DNA of 63,371 bases, filler included, from a bacterium (GTDB taxonomy: Bacteria; JALSQH01), in assembly GCA_026985515.1 (NCBI GenBank). It is 8 parts of 8 records of this genome, joined end to end, with 100 filler letters (N's around TTAATTAATTAA, not from the genome) between each part and the next. Parts side by side here need not be neighbours in the genome. Positions count along the whole stretch, not along the records: positions 59,715 to 63,371 come from JALSQH010000057.1; 7 more parts are not named here. The stretch is one strand, 5' to 3'. The position numbers were made by a program, and so were the translations under genes. Below the pieces are notes generated by a model that searched no databases, was not told where the DNA came from, and saw only the letters and a list, made by a program, of their open reading frames with translations. Shown here one piece after another: positions 61,475 to 63,371 of this stretch. Numbering within the stretch: position 1 is the first letter of the stretch; each line of letters opens with the position of its first letter.

Positions 61475-62725
61475 GTGGAATATCTTTTGAATCCCTGGGG
61501 AATTGCAGCAATTATAGTAGGATTCTATGTTGCTTTCACCATCGGAGCCAACGATGTCGCAAATGCAATGGGAACATCAGTGGGATCACGGGCTATCACT
61601 ATTGCTCAGGCGGTCCTCATTGCAGCAACATTTGAATTTCTGGGCTCCGTACTGGTTGGATCTCATGTAACCAACACCATCAGGAAAGGTATTATTGATC
61701 CAATGGCATATGCGGGAGATCCAAAGCTTCTTCTGTATGGGATGTTCTCTGCACTCCTTGCCACAGGTATATGGATTCACCTTTCAACTACCTATGGAAT
61801 GCCTATTTCCACAACACATTCAATAGTTGGGGCTGTGATAGGATTTGGTATTATTTCCAGAGGGTTATACTCAATTTCATGGGGAAAGGTGGTGGAAATT
61901 GTGCTGAGCTGGGTCACCTCCCCTGTTCTGGGTGGTCTTATTGGTTACTTCATCTATAAATTTATAAGCAGAATGATTCTGAATGCCTCTGACACACTGA
62001 ATGCTTTAAGGAAGTACTCTCCCTTTCTTGTTTTTTTGCTGGGATATATAATTACCCTCTCCTTCCTTTTTAAGGGATTGAAAAACCTTCACCTTAATCT
62101 TGACTTTATTCATGCCTCTATGTGGGGAATTGGAGTTGGAATTGTTGCAGCTCTCTTCATTTTTTTCATATCAAAAAAATTCACAAAAAGCGGTGCGAGA
62201 TCCGACAGAGAAGAACTTATGCTGGTGGAAAAAGTCTTCGGAGTCATGCAGATAATCAGCGCCTGTTCAATGGCTTTTTCACACGGTGCAAATGATGTTG
62301 CCAACGCCATAGGACCAGTTGCCGCTATCATAAATATTTTGAAGGAAGGTCAAATAAAAGCCAATGTACCGGTACCTGTTTGGCTTCTCGCCCTTGGTGG
62401 TGGAGGAATCGTGGCTGGACTTGGTCTCTATGGTTACAAGGTGATAAAAACAATCGGTGAAAAAATAACTGAACTGACACCAACGAGGGGATTTTCTGCT
62501 GAATTTGCTGCTGCCACAACAGTTCTGCTTGCCTCCAAAATGGGTTTACCCATATCAACCACTCACACTCTCGTGGGGTCTGTTGTCGGTGTGGGGCTTG
62601 CAAGAGGATTGAGGGCACTGAATCTCAGAATGATGAGGGATATAATTATCAGCTGGCTTCTTACCCTTCCCCTCGCAGCAGGCCTTACAATCATCATTTA
62701 CGAGATTTTAAAGGCGATCTTTTAG
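61475..62725 (+). CDS. pit: PiT family inorganic phosphate transporter
   Basis: Two GANDVANA motifs, two PISTTH motifs; GTG start with AGGAG RBS. Confidence 0.95.
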   Translation: MEYLLNPWGIAAIIVGFYVAFTIGANDVANAMGTSVGSRAITIAQAVLIAATFEFLGSVLVGSHVTNTIRKGIIDPMAYAGDPKLLLYGMFSALLATGIWIHLSTTYGMPISTTHSIVGAVIGFGIISRGLYSISWGKVVEIVLSWVTSPVLGGLIGYFIYKFISRMILNASDTLNALRKYSPFLVFLLGYIITLSFLFKGLKNLHLNLDFIHASMWGIGVGIVAALFIFFISKKFTKSGARSDREELMLVEKVFGVMQIISACSMAFSHGANDVANAIGPVAAIINILKEGQIKANVPVPVWLLALGGGGIVAGLGLYGYKVIKTIGEKITELTPTRGFSAEFAAATTVLLASKMGLPISTTHTLVGSVVGVGLARGLRALNLRMMRDIIISWLLTLPLAAGLTIIIYEILKAIF

Positions 62726-63370
62726 AAAATAGAGGATATAAAAACTTCCAGATCTGGAAAGAAAAGCAAATTTAAAAGGTGAAAGAAGAGTTATTCTTCC
62801 ATAAACACCTGTCGTAGTGTAATATCTATAAATCTTTCCTTTTTCATTGAAAACAATTAAAAATTCATCATCACCTGTGGCATAGAAATCTTCTCCAACT
62901 TTCACCACAGGTGCAAGGCCATTATCACTCTTTGAAACTCTGAATTTTTCACTTATTGTGCCATCAGGGGTAAATTTGTAAACTGTTCCATCAATCCCTG
63001 ACAGAAATATGAAACCATCAACCATTGAGGCTGCCGAGATTTTCAGATCTTTTATCTCAAGAGGTACATCATTTTTAAGGAAGAAAGTTTTTGATGGAGT
63101 TGCAACCACAATCCTGTTACCCTCCACCAGAACCGGAAAAGGTGAGCCGTAATATTTCTTTCCAGTCACTTCAATATGGCCTGAGGAAATAGAAGTTTTT
63201 TTTATCACAACAAAATCTTCTGGATTAATTATCAGAAGTTCGTTGCCAGCGAATGAGTAAATTTTATCCTCGTAACAGGCAGGGAGATAATTACCCCAGT
63301 ATAGTCTGTTTCTCTTCTGGAATGGAATAGTTTCCGTCTTTCCATTAAACAGGGCTATCCTGTAAATACC
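62708..63370 (-). CDS. PQQ-like beta-propeller protein, 5' end outside the window
   Basis: Frame is open to the window edge; short beta repeats (PVLVEGNRIVV, IFLSGIDGTVYKF, APVV). Confidence 0.5.
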   Translation of the reverse strand, partial: GIYRIALFNGKTETIPFQKRNRLYWGNYLPACYEDKIYSFAGNELLIINPEDFVVIKKTSISSGHIEVTGKKYYGSPFPVLVEGNRIVVATPSKTFFLKNDVPLEIKDLKISAASMVDGFIFLSGIDGTVYKFTPDGTISEKFRVSKSDNGLAPVVKVGEDFYATGDDEFLIVFNEKGKIYRYYTTTGVYGRITLLSPFKFAFLSRSGSFYILYFLKDRL

Positions 63371-63371
63371 T

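Overview
This window is not one continuous locus. It is eight assembly fragments of an AT-rich bacterial draft or metagenome-assembled genome, joined by seven artificial 100-nt N linkers that each contain TTAATTAATTAA (17832-17931, 35754-35853, 40537-40636, 45317-45416, 50094-50193, 54858-54957, 59615-59714). Gene content points to an anaerobic, diderm, deltaproteobacterial-grade organism (Myxococcota/Desulfobacterota-like; inference). It includes a surface-polysaccharide cluster (FdtB/FdtA-like, frameshifted flippase, GT2, DUF2061-CysC), monomeric Icd, a Rsm22-FixCX-VIT1 operon, a lipoprotein serpin, tRNA-Arg(CCG), tRNA-Ser(CGA), the 5' end of 16S rRNA with its promoter, an H-NOX operon, the atp b'-b-delta-alpha-gamma-beta-epsilon operon, a TPR/gliding-like cluster, mglBA, a two-polypeptide 2-oxoacid:ferredoxin oxidoreductase, lpxC, GH2, a glycyl radical enzyme with activase, split methylmalonyl-CoA mutase, part of an MBS/Mbx-like membrane respiratory complex and a PiT phosphate transporter. 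The most notable signals are (1) a myxobacteria-type polarity, sorting and signalling toolkit (MglA/MglB, MYXO-CTERM, MXAN_5187-C, FHA-GAF-sigma54) alongside anaerobic energy metabolism, and (2) an MBS/Mbx-like complex with a fused double antiporter subunit and a G-T-G-C-G variant of the NuoB-like cluster motif. All family calls come from motif recognition, not database searches.
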